A stretch of DNA of 64,000 nucleotides from a virus. The position numbers were made by a program, and so were the translations under genes. Positions 43,939 to 54,441 of the stretch are shown piece after piece. Position 1 is the stretch's first letter. Each line of letters opens with the position of its first letter. The DNA lies in the IMG/VR virus record IMGVR_UViG_3300025736_000010, positions 1 through 64,000 of that record; one strand, written 5' to 3'. A model generated the notes under the pieces. It had not been told where the DNA came from. It saw only the letters and a program-made list of their open reading frames with translations, and did not search any database.

Positions 43939-46275
43939 ATGAGCATAACAAGGAAAGACTTAGGCGAATGGGTGGTCGGGGATTTAACCGTCGCCGACGA
44001 CATGACAATCGGGGGGGATATTGATCTTGCTGGCGACATCGAGATCTTAGGACAATTTACTATTGTAGACACACTGGCTACTGGGAAAGCGTTCAGCGTT
44101 GACGTTGATGTTGCATTGGCTAGCGATGCGTATGTATATGGTATTGACGTAGACTTACAACAGACAGCAGCGTTTGCTGCCGGTACATGGTCTACTAGCG
44201 GCGGAATGATTGGTGTAAGATCCGATCTCCATGTTGATATGAAAATTACTGAGGCATACGCTGGATATTTTAATGTATACATAGATCCTGCGGCAACATG
44301 CACTCTAAACGACATGCTAGGTGTGTTCGGGCGAATAACGATTGTTGGCCCTGTTACAGCAGGTGCTGCGTCTAGCCAGATTGCTGCGTTACGCGGTAGC
44401 ATTGCCAACACGAGCACTGGAACTTACGATGGGCAGGTATTTGCACTGTCGTTGGACTACGGCTCTGATATCAATTATGGGAACACTACCGCGTTGATTT
44501 ATATGTGGACACATGGTAATGCGTATTGCGACTACGGAATGTATCTCGATAACTGGTCTCCGTACATGACGGCAGGTATTGCGTTGGCGGAAACAGCAGG
44601 ATCATCTCCAGCTATGGGCCATGGTATCTTAATCACGGCGGCCTGTACCACCGCAGCGATTCAAACCGGCGTAAGTGGAACTCCGGCAGGAGACACGATC
44701 TTCTACGGCACCACCGCTACAACCTATCTACATTGGGATGCAAGCGAAGACGATCTACTTCTAGTCGGAGCAGCAACTCAACTTGCTGTTGCTGGAGACA
44801 CAGACTCTTCAAGCACTACAACTGGTTCTCTGCGAACAGCAGGTGGGCTTGGTGTAGTTAAAACGCTGTATGTCGGAACTGGCGCAGATATTACAGGGAG
44901 CCTTGCGGTTGACGGCACTCTTGTTGTTCTTGATGGCGCTACGTCTACGCGAGAAATTAGTGCTGGATTTACGAGTCACGAATCTCCGGCGAACCGTTTT
45001 GGTCTAAATGCAACTGAATATATGCAGATTGCGACTGCCGTAACGACTGGAATTACTTTAATTACACATACGGGCTCAGGCGCTACTGTGACATGGACCG
45101 TCCCAACAATGAGTTTGGTTGCCAATACATCAGTTACTGGAACGCTTGGAGTTTCAGGCACGTTGTCCGCAGGATTGGACGCGACTGCTGGAACGATTGA
45201 ACTCTATCCTGGAACAACTAATACAGGAACGACTACAATCACTATGTCCGACAATACTGGCGATACTATCACGAATATCAACGTTGCTCTTCAGGCTGCC
45301 GCACGGACTTATACAATTCCTGACGCTGGCGCAGATGCTGCGTTCTTGATGACGGATTCTTACAAGACTTGGTGGCCTTTTGCTATCGGTCTTGCCGGTG
45401 AGGATACTGACGGGGCTGCAACTAATGGTGCTGGAATGGCTGGTGGCGTTGTAGATCTGACTACGCACACTTACAATACTGGTGCATATGGTGCAGCAGA
45501 TGTTATGTGTTTGGCTTACGACCATGGCACAACTACATGGGAAGACCTTAAAGCATCTAGTTCGTTGACAGGATGGACTGACGACTATCAGTTCCAACCG
45601 GATGCTGGATCTGAGGAAGCCAACGATGCGTTTGCTGTGGGAATGACTACTAGGTTCTGCGAGATTGCTTTTACTGATCTTTCGACGGGGTCTGGTGCCG
45701 TGGCGACATATTCTAACGATGCTGGCAAGTGGCAGTATTCTACTGGCGCAGGCACATGGTCTGATTTGACAGTGTACGATGGAACAGACTCGACAGCACA
45801 AGATGGCCTGCGGCCTCTTCAACGAATTGGGGCGATTTCGTTTGCTCCGCCTTCTGATTGGGCTACGGCTACTTATGATACCGACAAGACAGGATATTGG
45901 ATTCAGTGGGTTTGCACCGCCGCCGCGATCACTGCGTGTGGTGTTGCTGGCGCTGTTACGGTTCCTTGCGCTGTTATCCCGAATGCAGATGCCTTCGACA
46001 CTCCGTTCAAGGCAACTATCGGAGAAGTGCGAGCGACTGATATGGGCATTACAGTACATGACCAAATAGTAAAGTTTGTTGTTGGAAACTTTACCACAGG
46101 AATCTTCTCGCAAGAGTTTTCGTGGACTGCTTCTCAGTACAACGATACATTCACCCCCACAACGCCACTGGCTGTTGCTGCGGATGACATTGTCGGAATC
46201 TGTATTACTGATGATACAGCATCTACTGTGAACCCAGTGATTCAAATAGAGCTTGAGGCAACGTACTTAAACTAG
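43939..46275 (+). CDS. large Gly/Thr/Ala-rich virion structural (fibre-like) protein
   Basis: 778 aa; S.TTG.L..AGGLGV.K.LYVG repeat; RTYTIPD motif; position. Confidence 0.75.
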   Translation: MSITRKDLGEWVVGDLTVADDMTIGGDIDLAGDIEILGQFTIVDTLATGKAFSVDVDVALASDAYVYGIDVDLQQTAAFAAGTWSTSGGMIGVRSDLHVDMKITEAYAGYFNVYIDPAATCTLNDMLGVFGRITIVGPVTAGAASSQIAALRGSIANTSTGTYDGQVFALSLDYGSDINYGNTTALIYMWTHGNAYCDYGMYLDNWSPYMTAGIALAETAGSSPAMGHGILITAACTTAAIQTGVSGTPAGDTIFYGTTATTYLHWDASEDDLLLVGAATQLAVAGDTDSSSTTTGSLRTAGGLGVVKTLYVGTGADITGSLAVDGTLVVLDGATSTREISAGFTSHESPANRFGLNATEYMQIATAVTTGITLITHTGSGATVTWTVPTMSLVANTSVTGTLGVSGTLSAGLDATAGTIELYPGTTNTGTTTITMSDNTGDTITNINVALQAAARTYTIPDAGADAAFLMTDSYKTWWPFAIGLAGEDTDGAATNGAGMAGGVVDLTTHTYNTGAYGAADVMCLAYDHGTTTWEDLKASSSLTGWTDDYQFQPDAGSEEANDAFAVGMTTRFCEIAFTDLSTGSGAVATYSNDAGKWQYSTGAGTWSDLTVYDGTDSTAQDGLRPLQRIGAISFAPPSDWATATYDTDKTGYWIQWVCTAAAITACGVAGAVTVPCAVIPNADAFDTPFKATIGEVRATDMGITVHDQIVKFVVGNFTTGIFSQEFSWTASQYNDTFTPTTPLAVAADDIVGICITDDTASTVNPVIQIELEATYLN

Positions 46276-46282
46276 GATTAAC

Positions 46283-46343
46283 TGGCGGGGTGTAAAAGCC
46301 CCGTCAATATTACCTTGACAAACATGAAGATTTATAGTATAAT
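46283..46343 (+). promoter_or_regulatory. terminator hairpin followed by sigma70-type promoter
   Basis: TGGCGGGG/CCCCGTCA; TTGACA-17-TATAAT 46315-46343. Confidence 0.75.
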
Positions 46344-46379
46344 TGACATACAAATAAAAGTAGTAGGGAGAGTGAAAAG

Positions 46380-46850
46380 ATGTTGAAGGGTTTGAAAGTG
46401 CTTGACCGATGGAATCTTGTAAGCCTTTTGCCAGAAAAGGGCGGATTGCATACACAGCTTATTGTGCAGAAACTGCGTGAGAAGTTGTTGATGGATGCAG
46501 ATGAAGTAGAGGAACTTGGGCTAACTACTGGCGTGATTCACGAGGAGTGCGGAAACCCAGTACAGAACATTGGTTCAGAGTCGGAGCCGAAATACCACTG
46601 TCTCGTATGTGACAAGGTGATCACAGACACTAAAGGTTCTCCAGGACAAACTATATGGAATGCTGCAAAAGACGTTGGCGTCGATATAGAACTAAAAAAG
46701 GCAGAGCGCGGTATTTTTATTGAAGTATTTGCCGAGCTAGACAAGGGCGGGGAAGTAACACCACAACATGTTGCAGTTTGGAATTTACTGGAAAAGGGCT
46801 ACCCGAAAGCATTTACGCCGCCAGATAATGACGACGAAGAAGAGGAGTAA
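46380..46850 (+). CDS. hypothetical protein with inserted Zn ribbon
   Basis: HEECG...CLVCD. Confidence 0.7.
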   Translation: MLKGLKVLDRWNLVSLLPEKGGLHTQLIVQKLREKLLMDADEVEELGLTTGVIHEECGNPVQNIGSESEPKYHCLVCDKVITDTKGSPGQTIWNAAKDVGVDIELKKAERGIFIEVFAELDKGGEVTPQHVAVWNLLEKGYPKAFTPPDNDDEEEE

Positions 46851-46859
46851 TAACGAGAA

Positions 46860-47774
46860 ATGAAATATCCCAATAGGGACGAACTTATAGCTAAAGCGAA
46901 AGAGCTGCGGGAAGGCGGTCTTAGTTATAGGGCTATTGCCTCCGCGCTTGGCGTTAAAGCTCATATAACAATAATACACTGGCTAAATCCAGCAGTTCGT
47001 GCAAATAAAGCTCGGTATAGAGAAGAAAACAAGGATAAAGTTAGAGAACAAGACCGCATAAACTCTGCTCGTTGGTATAATGAAAATAAGGATAGGGCTA
47101 GAAAAACGCAAGAAGCTTATCGTCTTACTCACAAAGATGAATTAAGTGCATTAAACAAAAAGTATCGAGCTGGGCATAAAGATGAATTAAAAACAAAGAG
47201 GTCTCTATACTACGCCGAGAACAAAGATGAAATATGTGCTAATAGCCTGGCTTATTATTATGAACACAAGGACGAGTGTGATACCAGGAGTAGGCATTGG
47301 TTCTCAGAGCATAAAAACGATCCAGGATTGCTGGCAAAACGGAAAGAATATCAGGAAAGAAATAAGGGGAAAATACGTATTAGGAAGAAAGAATATAATA
47401 AAGTGCATAAACAAGAAATCCTCGAACGCAACAGAAAGAGGAAAACGCTGATAAAAACTGGAGATACGATAATAGAAGATCAATACAGTGCTGTTTGGGA
47501 AGAACAAAACGGATGTTGTTTTTATTGTGGAGAACCGATGATTCGCGATGGGAATTGCTATGCGGATAACTATTATAACGTTGAACACATAAATCCGATC
47601 TCAAATGGTGGCTGGCACCAACTAAGCAATATTGTGTATGCTTGTAGGAAATGTAACTCAAAAAAAGGCAAGAAATTAGTTGAGGTCTGGATGCCTGGCA
47701 TTATAAATAAAATCAGGTCTAATCCAAGGCTTAGATACGATATTGAAGAGGCGCACATGCGCTGGCTAGTATAG
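46860..47774 (+). CDS. HNH endonuclease with HTH and helical repeats
   Basis: Q...CFYCG...EHI.PIS.GG.H..SNIV.AC..CN..KG. Confidence 0.92.
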   Translation: MKYPNRDELIAKAKELREGGLSYRAIASALGVKAHITIIHWLNPAVRANKARYREENKDKVREQDRINSARWYNENKDRARKTQEAYRLTHKDELSALNKKYRAGHKDELKTKRSLYYAENKDEICANSLAYYYEHKDECDTRSRHWFSEHKNDPGLLAKRKEYQERNKGKIRIRKKEYNKVHKQEILERNRKRKTLIKTGDTIIEDQYSAVWEEQNGCCFYCGEPMIRDGNCYADNYYNVEHINPISNGGWHQLSNIVYACRKCNSKKGKKLVEVWMPGIINKIRSNPRLRYDIEEAHMRWLV

Positions 47775-47784
47775 GAGGTATGAG

Positions 47785-47988
47785 ATGGCTAGAGGAAACG
47801 GACAAGGCCCTCAAGAGAGAGGCCCCAAAACTGGTAGAGGGCTTGGAGATTGCGAGCCTAAAACTGAAACAGAACGAACATCTGTTTATGAACGAGGAGC
47901 TGGAAATGGTGGCTGGCAGAGACAAGGTGGAGGGGGAAAGCGTGACGGATCTGGCGGCGGACGCGGGTTAAACCGACGAGGTCGATAA
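47785..47988 (+). CDS. DUF5320-like Gly/Arg-rich protein
   Basis: MARGNGQGP...GP.TGRGLG.C; GGAGG 6 nt upstream. Confidence 0.7.
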   Translation: MARGNGQGPQERGPKTGRGLGDCEPKTETERTSVYERGAGNGGWQRQGGGGKRDGSGGGRGLNRRGR

Positions 47989-47990
47989 GT

Positions 47991-48266
47991 ATGACAGATA
48001 AGAAAAAGATGACGCCAGCGGGGATTTTACAAGCAATTCTTGGTGACGACCCTAAGACGATTATAAGCGCAATCAGGGGTAAACGCGCAAAGCGACTTGG
48101 AAAGAAAATTCCGCCGGATAAATATAAGAAGCGAACCGTTGGACTAAATAAAGACGGAAAGCCAGTTGTGAAGAAGACCGAATATACAAAGGTTCATTTG
48201 GATAAGGTTGCTGCCGCTAAAAAGGCCGCCGCTAAAAAGACTAAGAAAGTTAAGAAGGAGGAATAA
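47991..48266 (+). CDS. Lys-rich basic protein
   Basis: AAAKKAAAKKTKK tail. Confidence 0.7.
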   Translation: MTDKKKMTPAGILQAILGDDPKTIISAIRGKRAKRLGKKIPPDKYKKRTVGLNKDGKPVVKKTEYTKVHLDKVAAAKKAAAKKTKKVKKEE

Positions 48267-48267
48267 A

Positions 48268-48834
48268 ATGGGAATAGTAAAATACGGGTCAAAGCTTGTT
48301 ACAGGAAAATCGCAAAATAGCGGAGCGTCAGGCATTCCTGTAGGTACTGGCGTTACAGCAATTGATGGGTCTGGAGTTGTTCACAAAACTGTTATTGATC
48401 TCAGTTCTGTTGCAATGACTGGGACTGATAATACGATTATGTGGTTTGCGGAAGAAATATTTAATGCTCCCGCCGGAAGCACTCTGATTTTAGGCGCTAT
48501 TGCTGACCTAACGATCTTGGGATCGGACGGCGTAAAGACCGGAGCTGAAGGGGACTTTGGCCTCGGCTCAATAACCTGCGACGTTGCCGGGGCTCTTAGT
48601 GGCCTGGATCAAGATATAATTCCCAGCACTGGGATTACTCTTTCATCCTTCACAGTTGATGTTACAGGAAGGAGCGCGGCAATAATCAGTAGCGGCGCTC
48701 CATATGACGGCTCAAGCACTGCGACGAAGGTATGGCTCAATTGCATAATTGACTCAGGAGACTTCACGACTACTGGCGTACTTACAGTTACAGGTACTGT
48801 TACGCTTACATGGTGCAGCTTCGGCGACTACTAG
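48268..48834 (+). CDS. virion structural protein
   Basis: AAGGAGG RBS before ATG 48268; TGTVTLTW...GDY end. Confidence 0.75.
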   Translation: MGIVKYGSKLVTGKSQNSGASGIPVGTGVTAIDGSGVVHKTVIDLSSVAMTGTDNTIMWFAEEIFNAPAGSTLILGAIADLTILGSDGVKTGAEGDFGLGSITCDVAGALSGLDQDIIPSTGITLSSFTVDVTGRSAAIISSGAPYDGSSTATKVWLNCIIDSGDFTTTGVLTVTGTVTLTWCSFGDY

Positions 48835-48847
48835 GAAGAGGTGAGCT

Positions 48848-49225
48848 ATGGCCAATGAAGTAACTAACGGAAAAGCAGGCTCGCTTAAAACGGTTACGTG
48901 GACAAACGCTACTACGACTAACGTTACTCCAGATACTGATTTTGAGATCGATTTACGCAATTCTGACTATTGCACAATCCAACTAGACTCTACAGCGACG
49001 GCGAGCACTTCTTCTAGTATTGATTGCAACGTGTGGGCTAGCAATGACGGCGTTGTGTGGGATACACTAGCGAGATGGGACGGATATGATACACTTGCGG
49101 ATAATAAAATCCATTCATTCGCAATTACTCTCGGTGCTGCGTTTGTCAGACTGCGTTTGGATAACAACACTGGCTCCAGTAGGGCAGATGTTACAGCTCG
49201 CGTATGGATTGGTTTGAAGAAATAG
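48848..49225 (+). CDS. virion structural beta-sandwich protein
   Basis: SNDG..W, FVRLR. Confidence 0.7.
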   Translation: MANEVTNGKAGSLKTVTWTNATTTNVTPDTDFEIDLRNSDYCTIQLDSTATASTSSSIDCNVWASNDGVVWDTLARWDGYDTLADNKIHSFAITLGAAFVRLRLDNNTGSSRADVTARVWIGLKK

Positions 49226-49260
49226 TTTAGGCGCGGCTTAATTATAGCGACAGGAGACAG

Positions 49261-49563
49261 ATGGTAAGAATAAGGCCAGAACAGATTCGCGGACGAGTGC
49301 TATCGACTCCACCTACAAATCCGTCAGAAGAAGATCTCTATCTAGACGACGGAACAAATACAGCGTCTGGAACATTAGGATTTAGGCGATATGACGGAAG
49401 CGCGTGGGAAGATTTCGGCCTGCAATCTGGGGCTGGATCTGAAACACTTGAAGGGTTAACTGATGTTAGCATAACAAGCGTAGCTAATAGCAATCGTCTT
49501 GTTTATGATAGCGCGAGTAGCAAATGGAAAAACGAGGACGTTATTGATGGCGGAAGTTTCTAG
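49261..49563 (+). CDS. fibre-associated protein ending VIDGGSF
   Basis: L..LTDV.I...L.YD.....WKN. Confidence 0.75.
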   Translation: MVRIRPEQIRGRVLSTPPTNPSEEDLYLDDGTNTASGTLGFRRYDGSAWEDFGLQSGAGSETLEGLTDVSITSVANSNRLVYDSASSKWKNEDVIDGGSF

Positions 49564-49590
49564 AAACAATATTAAAGGAGGATATGAATA

Positions 49591-51051
49591 ATGGCTAACC
49601 AGATCCAGATTATGAGAGGAACTGCTGCTAACCTAGTTACCAAGGGTAACCTTGCAGCAGGCGAGTTGGGGTTCAGTACAGATACATTCCAGATGCACGT
49701 TGGTAGTGGGGCTGCGAATTATGAGTTCGTGATGCACCAGCTGTTTGGCGCTCAATCGATTATAGCAGCTACCGCTGATAACACACCGGCAGAGTTGACT
49801 GTTGGAGAGCAAAGTGTTGTCGGGCGTATTACTAGCGGTAATGTAGCGGCATTGACAGGTGCAAACCTATGGACAATCCTTACCGGGCAGGCAGCTGCTG
49901 ATGTTTCGATGAATTCTCACAAACTTACAAGCGTAACCGACCCTACTGGCGCACAAGATGCAGCGACTAAAGCATACGTAGACGCTCTAGTTCAGGGATT
50001 AAAAATTCACGATGCTGTGGCGTGCGCTACAACTGCAAATATTTCATTGACTGCCGAACAGACTCTTGACGGAATCCTTACATCTACAAGCAGAGTGCTT
50101 GTTAAAGATCAGACAGCTCCAGAAGAGAATGGTATTTACGTGTCTGCTGCCGGTGCATGGGCTCGTGCTGCCGATATGGATGCTGCTGCTGAAGTGCCGC
50201 AATCATTCGCATTCGTTTCTGGGGGAACAACGCTAGGATCTACCGGATGGGCATGTACTGTTGATCCAGACGGTTTCGTACTCGATACGACAGCAATGCC
50301 TTGGGCGCAGTTCTCCAGCACTGGTTACGTTACAGCAAGCGCCGGATTAACAAAGACCGGCAACGATATTGCTCCCGATGGGAACCTTGAAGATCTAAAC
50401 ACAGTTGGCCCAGTAGATGGCGCTGATTACTTCTTGGCAGGAACTGCCGCTGGGGCGTTGGCGTGGGAAACTGGAGATACAGTTAGAACATCTCTTGGGT
50501 TAGCAATTGGAACAGATGTTCTTGCAGAGCAGACAATTGGTATTGCAAATGACAATCTATTAGAAGTAGACGGTACTCCATTAGATACAGAAGTAGCAGT
50601 GTTCACTGCAAATGGCATTAACGGTTTATCTAAGGCTGAGACAATGGCACACCTTTCTGCTGGCGCTACTGCTGATTTCTCGATGAACACTAATAAAATC
50701 ACCGCAGTAAAAGATCCGACGGCAGATCAAGACGCTGCTACTTTCAAGTGGGTTACTGATAACTTTGCTTCTGGTTCTGCCGGTGCAAATACAGCACTAA
50801 GCAACCTTGCAAGCGTTGCAATTAACCTACCGTTGCTTCCAGACGCAGCAGCTGCTGACGATTTCGGCTCTGCTACATTGCCGTTTAAGACAATGTTCTT
50901 TGCCGGTACCTCTGGAACTCCAGGCACGAATAATTTCCAATTAACTGGTGCAAGCACATCTGGAACGCGAACTGCGGCATTCCCAGATAAGTCTGGTTAT
51001 GTGCTAATAACAACAGCTGCAAGCGTTATTGACGGAGGAGCATTTGTATAA
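49591..51051 (+). CDS. tail fibre protein with Mtd_N-like N-terminus
   Basis: IQI.RG...L..GELG..TDT; DP..AQDAATKAYVD; RVLVKDQ...ENGIY. Confidence 0.85.
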   Translation: MANQIQIMRGTAANLVTKGNLAAGELGFSTDTFQMHVGSGAANYEFVMHQLFGAQSIIAATADNTPAELTVGEQSVVGRITSGNVAALTGANLWTILTGQAAADVSMNSHKLTSVTDPTGAQDAATKAYVDALVQGLKIHDAVACATTANISLTAEQTLDGILTSTSRVLVKDQTAPEENGIYVSAAGAWARAADMDAAAEVPQSFAFVSGGTTLGSTGWACTVDPDGFVLDTTAMPWAQFSSTGYVTASAGLTKTGNDIAPDGNLEDLNTVGPVDGADYFLAGTAAGALAWETGDTVRTSLGLAIGTDVLAEQTIGIANDNLLEVDGTPLDTEVAVFTANGINGLSKAETMAHLSAGATADFSMNTNKITAVKDPTADQDAATFKWVTDNFASGSAGANTALSNLASVAINLPLLPDAAAADDFGSATLPFKTMFFAGTSGTPGTNNFQLTGASTSGTRTAAFPDKSGYVLITTAASVIDGGAFV

Positions 51052-51143
51052 TAGTTGCAATTTAACTTATAATTGTGTATAATAACAAAAGGGGAGAGGC
51101 AATCTCTCCCCGATCTTAATAAATAAAAGGGAGGAGTATTAAT

Positions 51144-51761
51144 ATGATGGAAGAAGCAAAAATTAGCCAAGTAGCAAATGAAACGGCGAAGCCTGCTGGG
51201 ATGCCAATGCTAGTTACAGAGGATGACCTTCAGCTCGAAATTGGTAGGTGGGTTGTGGCCTCGCTCAACAAGGACAAAATCCTCAACCGCATGGTTGAAA
51301 TCCAGCAACAACAGTCGGCTGCCATTGCAAATATGAAGGCGACGATAGACGCAGCGGCTCCATTAGCTGAGTCTAACTCAAAGCTAGGCGCAAAGAATAA
51401 AGAACTTGGCGATGCAATAACAGCTGTGAGGGCTGAGGCCAAGGCTGGAATAGACGCCGCCAAGAACGAGGCTAATGCAATAGTTGCAACAGCTAAGTCT
51501 GAATCTAAGGCGATGATAGCAACTGCTAAAAATGATGCAACAGCAAGTATATCTGCCGCTAAAGCAGACTCTGATGCAAGAGTAGTTATAGCAGAAGAAG
51601 ATGCTGGCGCTAAAGCGGACGCAGAGGTAGTTGCAGTTAAAGAAGAAGCTAGAAAATTAGCGGATGAGGCTACAGAGAAACTAGAAAAGCAAGAGAAGAT
51701 AATCGTTGATTTGAAAGCAAAGTTGGCAAAATTAAAGCCAGCTAAAAAGAGGAAGAAGTAA
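51144..51761 (+). CDS. Ala-rich coiled-coil protein with 11-residue repeats
   Basis: AK.(E/D) every 11 aa; own promoter 51055-51083. Confidence 0.75.
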   Translation: MMEEAKISQVANETAKPAGMPMLVTEDDLQLEIGRWVVASLNKDKILNRMVEIQQQQSAAIANMKATIDAAAPLAESNSKLGAKNKELGDAITAVRAEAKAGIDAAKNEANAIVATAKSESKAMIATAKNDATASISAAKADSDARVVIAEEDAGAKADAEVVAVKEEARKLADEATEKLEKQEKIIVDLKAKLAKLKPAKKRKK

Positions 51762-52501
51762 TGTCAAATACAGTAAAGATTCGTAGTGGGACAGCGGCTA
51801 ACCTTGTGACACTGGGGGCGCTTGAGGCAAGTGAACTTGGACGCGAGACAGACACAGACAAGGTATATATTGGAGATGGGGCTGCTAATCATGAGTTCGT
51901 TATGCACGATCTGTTTGATGCTCAGAGTGTCTTGGCAGCTACCGCTGATAATACTCCTGTGAAACTTACAATTGACGAACAAACAGTCGTAGGAAGGATC
52001 ACAAGTGGCAATGTCGCAGCGTTGACAGTAGCACAGCTTCAGACGCTGGTACTGTCTGCGAACTTACCTGAGAACGTGACGATCAAGCTAGATCCAATTC
52101 TCAGTGCGGATACGAAGTGGACAGGTACTACTCGTGATGTGGTAGCTGGAACAACTGCTCTTGTCTACGGATACTGTTACTACATGGCTGCTACCGGGAA
52201 ATGGGAACTGACAAACGCTACTGCGATAGCCACTTCTCATGGTGAGGTTGGTATGTGCGTTGTCGCTGCTGCGACAGATGCGACCGGCACGTTGTTGATG
52301 AGTGGAATGATTCGTGCAGATGATGAGTTTGATACATTCACCAAGGGTAGTGACATCTTCTTGAGTGCTGCTAATGCCGGGAAGTTGACAGAAACAGCGC
52401 CTACAGGCACAACTGACTTCGTTGTGAGGATCGTGGCGGCAGCTCCAACGGCTGACAGCATATCGTTCACTGGCGAACAGGCATACGCGACATTGGCATA
52501 G
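51761..52501 (+). CDS. tail fibre paralog (same Mtd_N-like N-terminus)
   Basis: First about 95 aa closely resemble 49591-51051. Confidence 0.8.
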   Translation: MSNTVKIRSGTAANLVTLGALEASELGRETDTDKVYIGDGAANHEFVMHDLFDAQSVLAATADNTPVKLTIDEQTVVGRITSGNVAALTVAQLQTLVLSANLPENVTIKLDPILSADTKWTGTTRDVVAGTTALVYGYCYYMAATGKWELTNATAIATSHGEVGMCVVAAATDATGTLLMSGMIRADDEFDTFTKGSDIFLSAANAGKLTETAPTGTTDFVVRIVAAAPTADSISFTGEQAYATLA

Positions 52502-52511
52502 GAGATAGATA

Positions 52512-52715
52512 ATGAATGGCAAGAAAGAAATAAGTCGAGATAACATACAAGCCGGCCGTAAAGCTGTTGACGCTTACCGTGAAGCCCACGCGAAACTTCA
52601 TGCAGGCGGTTGGCACAAGGGCATATCCGAGGATCACGCGCCGCTTTTGGAGAAGCTTGTCGCCACCCTTGAGAAACTGGGCATCACTTCGATTGAGAGG
52701 TTAAAATGGAGTTAG
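52512..52715 (+). CDS. hypothetical protein
   Basis: AGGAG RBS. Confidence 0.6.
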   Translation: MNGKKEISRDNIQAGRKAVDAYREAHAKLHAGGWHKGISEDHAPLLEKLVATLEKLGITSIERLKWS

Positions 52716-53449
52716 TCAAGCGAGAAACCTGCCAAGAATACTTTGAACGCCGCCTGCGAGAGGGCTGGAAATGCATCAGCCTTGAGGGGTATAATGCTGT
52801 CCTTTTGTCTCCTGATGGTATCAGGCGGGAACTTGACCTAAGGAATGACGTTGAAACCCTTAGACCCAGTGGAGGTTCCTTTGCCACGTTTGGTTATTAT
52901 GATGGTAGTTATCATGGTGGCCTGCGAGAGGAGAATTGGAAACAGGTTGATGAGGTTACTGCTGATGACGATGCCACTTTTGTATATCAGGCTATTACGG
53001 CATGGTCCGAAGACCACTATACATTTCCAGCCCATTCTGATGGTTCAGGGACTATCAACAATATTAAAGTATACTGTCGTATGGTTGGACTCGGGGGAAC
53101 AGAACAGAGTAAATGTGTAGCTTATGTTAATAGCGTTTTATATTACGGGGACGTAGAGACTTTAACTACGTCTTGGGCATCTTATTCCAAGACATGGACC
53201 AAAAACCCTAATACAGGACTTGATTGGACTTGGGATAATATAGATGCTTTAATAATTGGTGTTGCCCTTAATAACAATAACGGCACGGTGGCAAAATGCA
53301 CCCAAGTCTATGTTGAGGTTGATTACACGGCGTCTGGAGCAACCAGCATAAAAACAGTCCTCGGCGTACCAATTGCCGACATCAAGACAATCATGGGAGT
53401 GCCTATCGCCAATGTGAAGTCATTCCTTGGAGTATCGAATGTTAGTTAG
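52706..53449 (+). CDS. putative receptor-binding/virion protein
   Basis: ETLRP...VDEV..DDD...NP.TG..WTW..I..L..G...TQVYVEVDY. Confidence 0.7.
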   Translation: MELVKRETCQEYFERRLREGWKCISLEGYNAVLLSPDGIRRELDLRNDVETLRPSGGSFATFGYYDGSYHGGLREENWKQVDEVTADDDATFVYQAITAWSEDHYTFPAHSDGSGTINNIKVYCRMVGLGGTEQSKCVAYVNSVLYYGDVETLTTSWASYSKTWTKNPNTGLDWTWDNIDALIIGVALNNNNGTVAKCTQVYVEVDYTASGATSIKTVLGVPIADIKTIMGVPIANVKSFLGVSNVS

Positions 53450-53472
53450 GACAAATATAGGAGGTAATTAAA

Positions 53473-53796
53473 TTGGCAACAGTACAAGGAAGCATACCAG
53501 AAACATGTCTATACGTTGACGATGCGCGTGATTTAGCGATAAGCGTTACTCGTGGCAATGTTTCAGGTAGCTATGCTGCCGTTACGCCGGATTCCGCGAC
53601 AATAAAAGTTGATACAACCGATGGAACTGAAGTTATGGCAGAGGTAGCCGCTGGCGTTTCTGGGAGCCAAGTATATTACCCAATAAACACAGATAACATT
53701 ACTGACACTGCCAGGCGATTAGTTGTTACTTGGAAAGTAGTGTACGGTGACGAAATAGCACGCTTACTACATTATCTAACAATACAGGAAGTATAA
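53473..53796 (+). CDS. virion structural protein
   Basis: GGAGGT RBS; TTG start. Confidence 0.65.
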   Translation: MATVQGSIPETCLYVDDARDLAISVTRGNVSGSYAAVTPDSATIKVDTTDGTEVMAEVAAGVSGSQVYYPINTDNITDTARRLVVTWKVVYGDEIARLLHYLTIQEV

Positions 53797-54113
53797 TGGG
53801 ACAGTATCGAGTTAGTAATATTACGATAGGATATTCTGGAGAGGATGAAACCGACCTATACAGATCGGCAGACACGAGCATAATGTATTCTATTACAGAG
53901 TTATCCTTGCCGCTTTGGGTGCATACACACGGTTATTTTGCTGTGCCGTCAGAACAGATTGATGGTGAGAGAACTGACTTTACATTCCAAGGTAGCTACA
54001 TGGAGATTTTGTTGAACGGAATACCGCAACTCTACACAAAGACGGCAACCGGAATAAGTTTAGATGAGGCTCCTGTTGTTGGAGATCATTTATGGGGATG
54101 GTGGACACTATAA
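53796..54113 (+). CDS. virion structural protein
   Basis: IDG..T.F...LNG..Q...AP..GD. Confidence 0.65.
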   Translation: MGQYRVSNITIGYSGEDETDLYRSADTSIMYSITELSLPLWVHTHGYFAVPSEQIDGERTDFTFQGSYMEILLNGIPQLYTKTATGISLDEAPVVGDHLWGWWTL

Positions 54114-54364
54114 CTTATCACATGCACAGATGGTACAGAGACAGCAGCAGTACGACTAATCCAGTTTCTGGTGTTGTTAACGGTGTGAATAAGACATTCA
54201 CTTTATCGGAAACGCCAATAACTGGGACTGTTAGAATGTTCGTGAATATGGAACAATTACCAACGGAAGATTTCACGGTGAGCGGACTGATTATAACTTC
54301 TGCTGAGGCCCCAGTGACGGGTGACGATGTATGGTGCCACTATCAGATAGAGGTGGATGAGTGA
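54092..54364 (+). CDS. virion structural protein (paralogous domain)
   Basis: G..NG.NKTFTL..P...DFT.SG..IT..AP..GD. Confidence 0.65.
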   Translation: MGMVDTITYHMHRWYRDSSSTTNPVSGVVNGVNKTFTLSETPITGTVRMFVNMEQLPTEDFTVSGLIITSAEAPVTGDDVWCHYQIEVDE

Positions 54365-54441
54365 TAAAACCAGATCATAAAAACTTGACAAGTAAACGTA
54401 TTTATAGTATAATTAGTAGACGAAAAGGAGGCAATTAGAAG

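Noticed and set aside
45154-46245. 363-aa - strand ORF
   Set aside because: Antisense shadow of the structural gene; Ser/Arg/Cys-rich composition typical of shadows.
47780-47971. Alternative 63-aa ORF
   Set aside because: Start is only 1 nt from the RBS; the 47785 frame has proper spacing and a recognisable motif.
49591-53449. Diversity-generating retroelement
   Set aside because: Mtd_N-like domains are present, but no reverse transcriptase or adenine-mismatched TR/VR pair was seen in the window.
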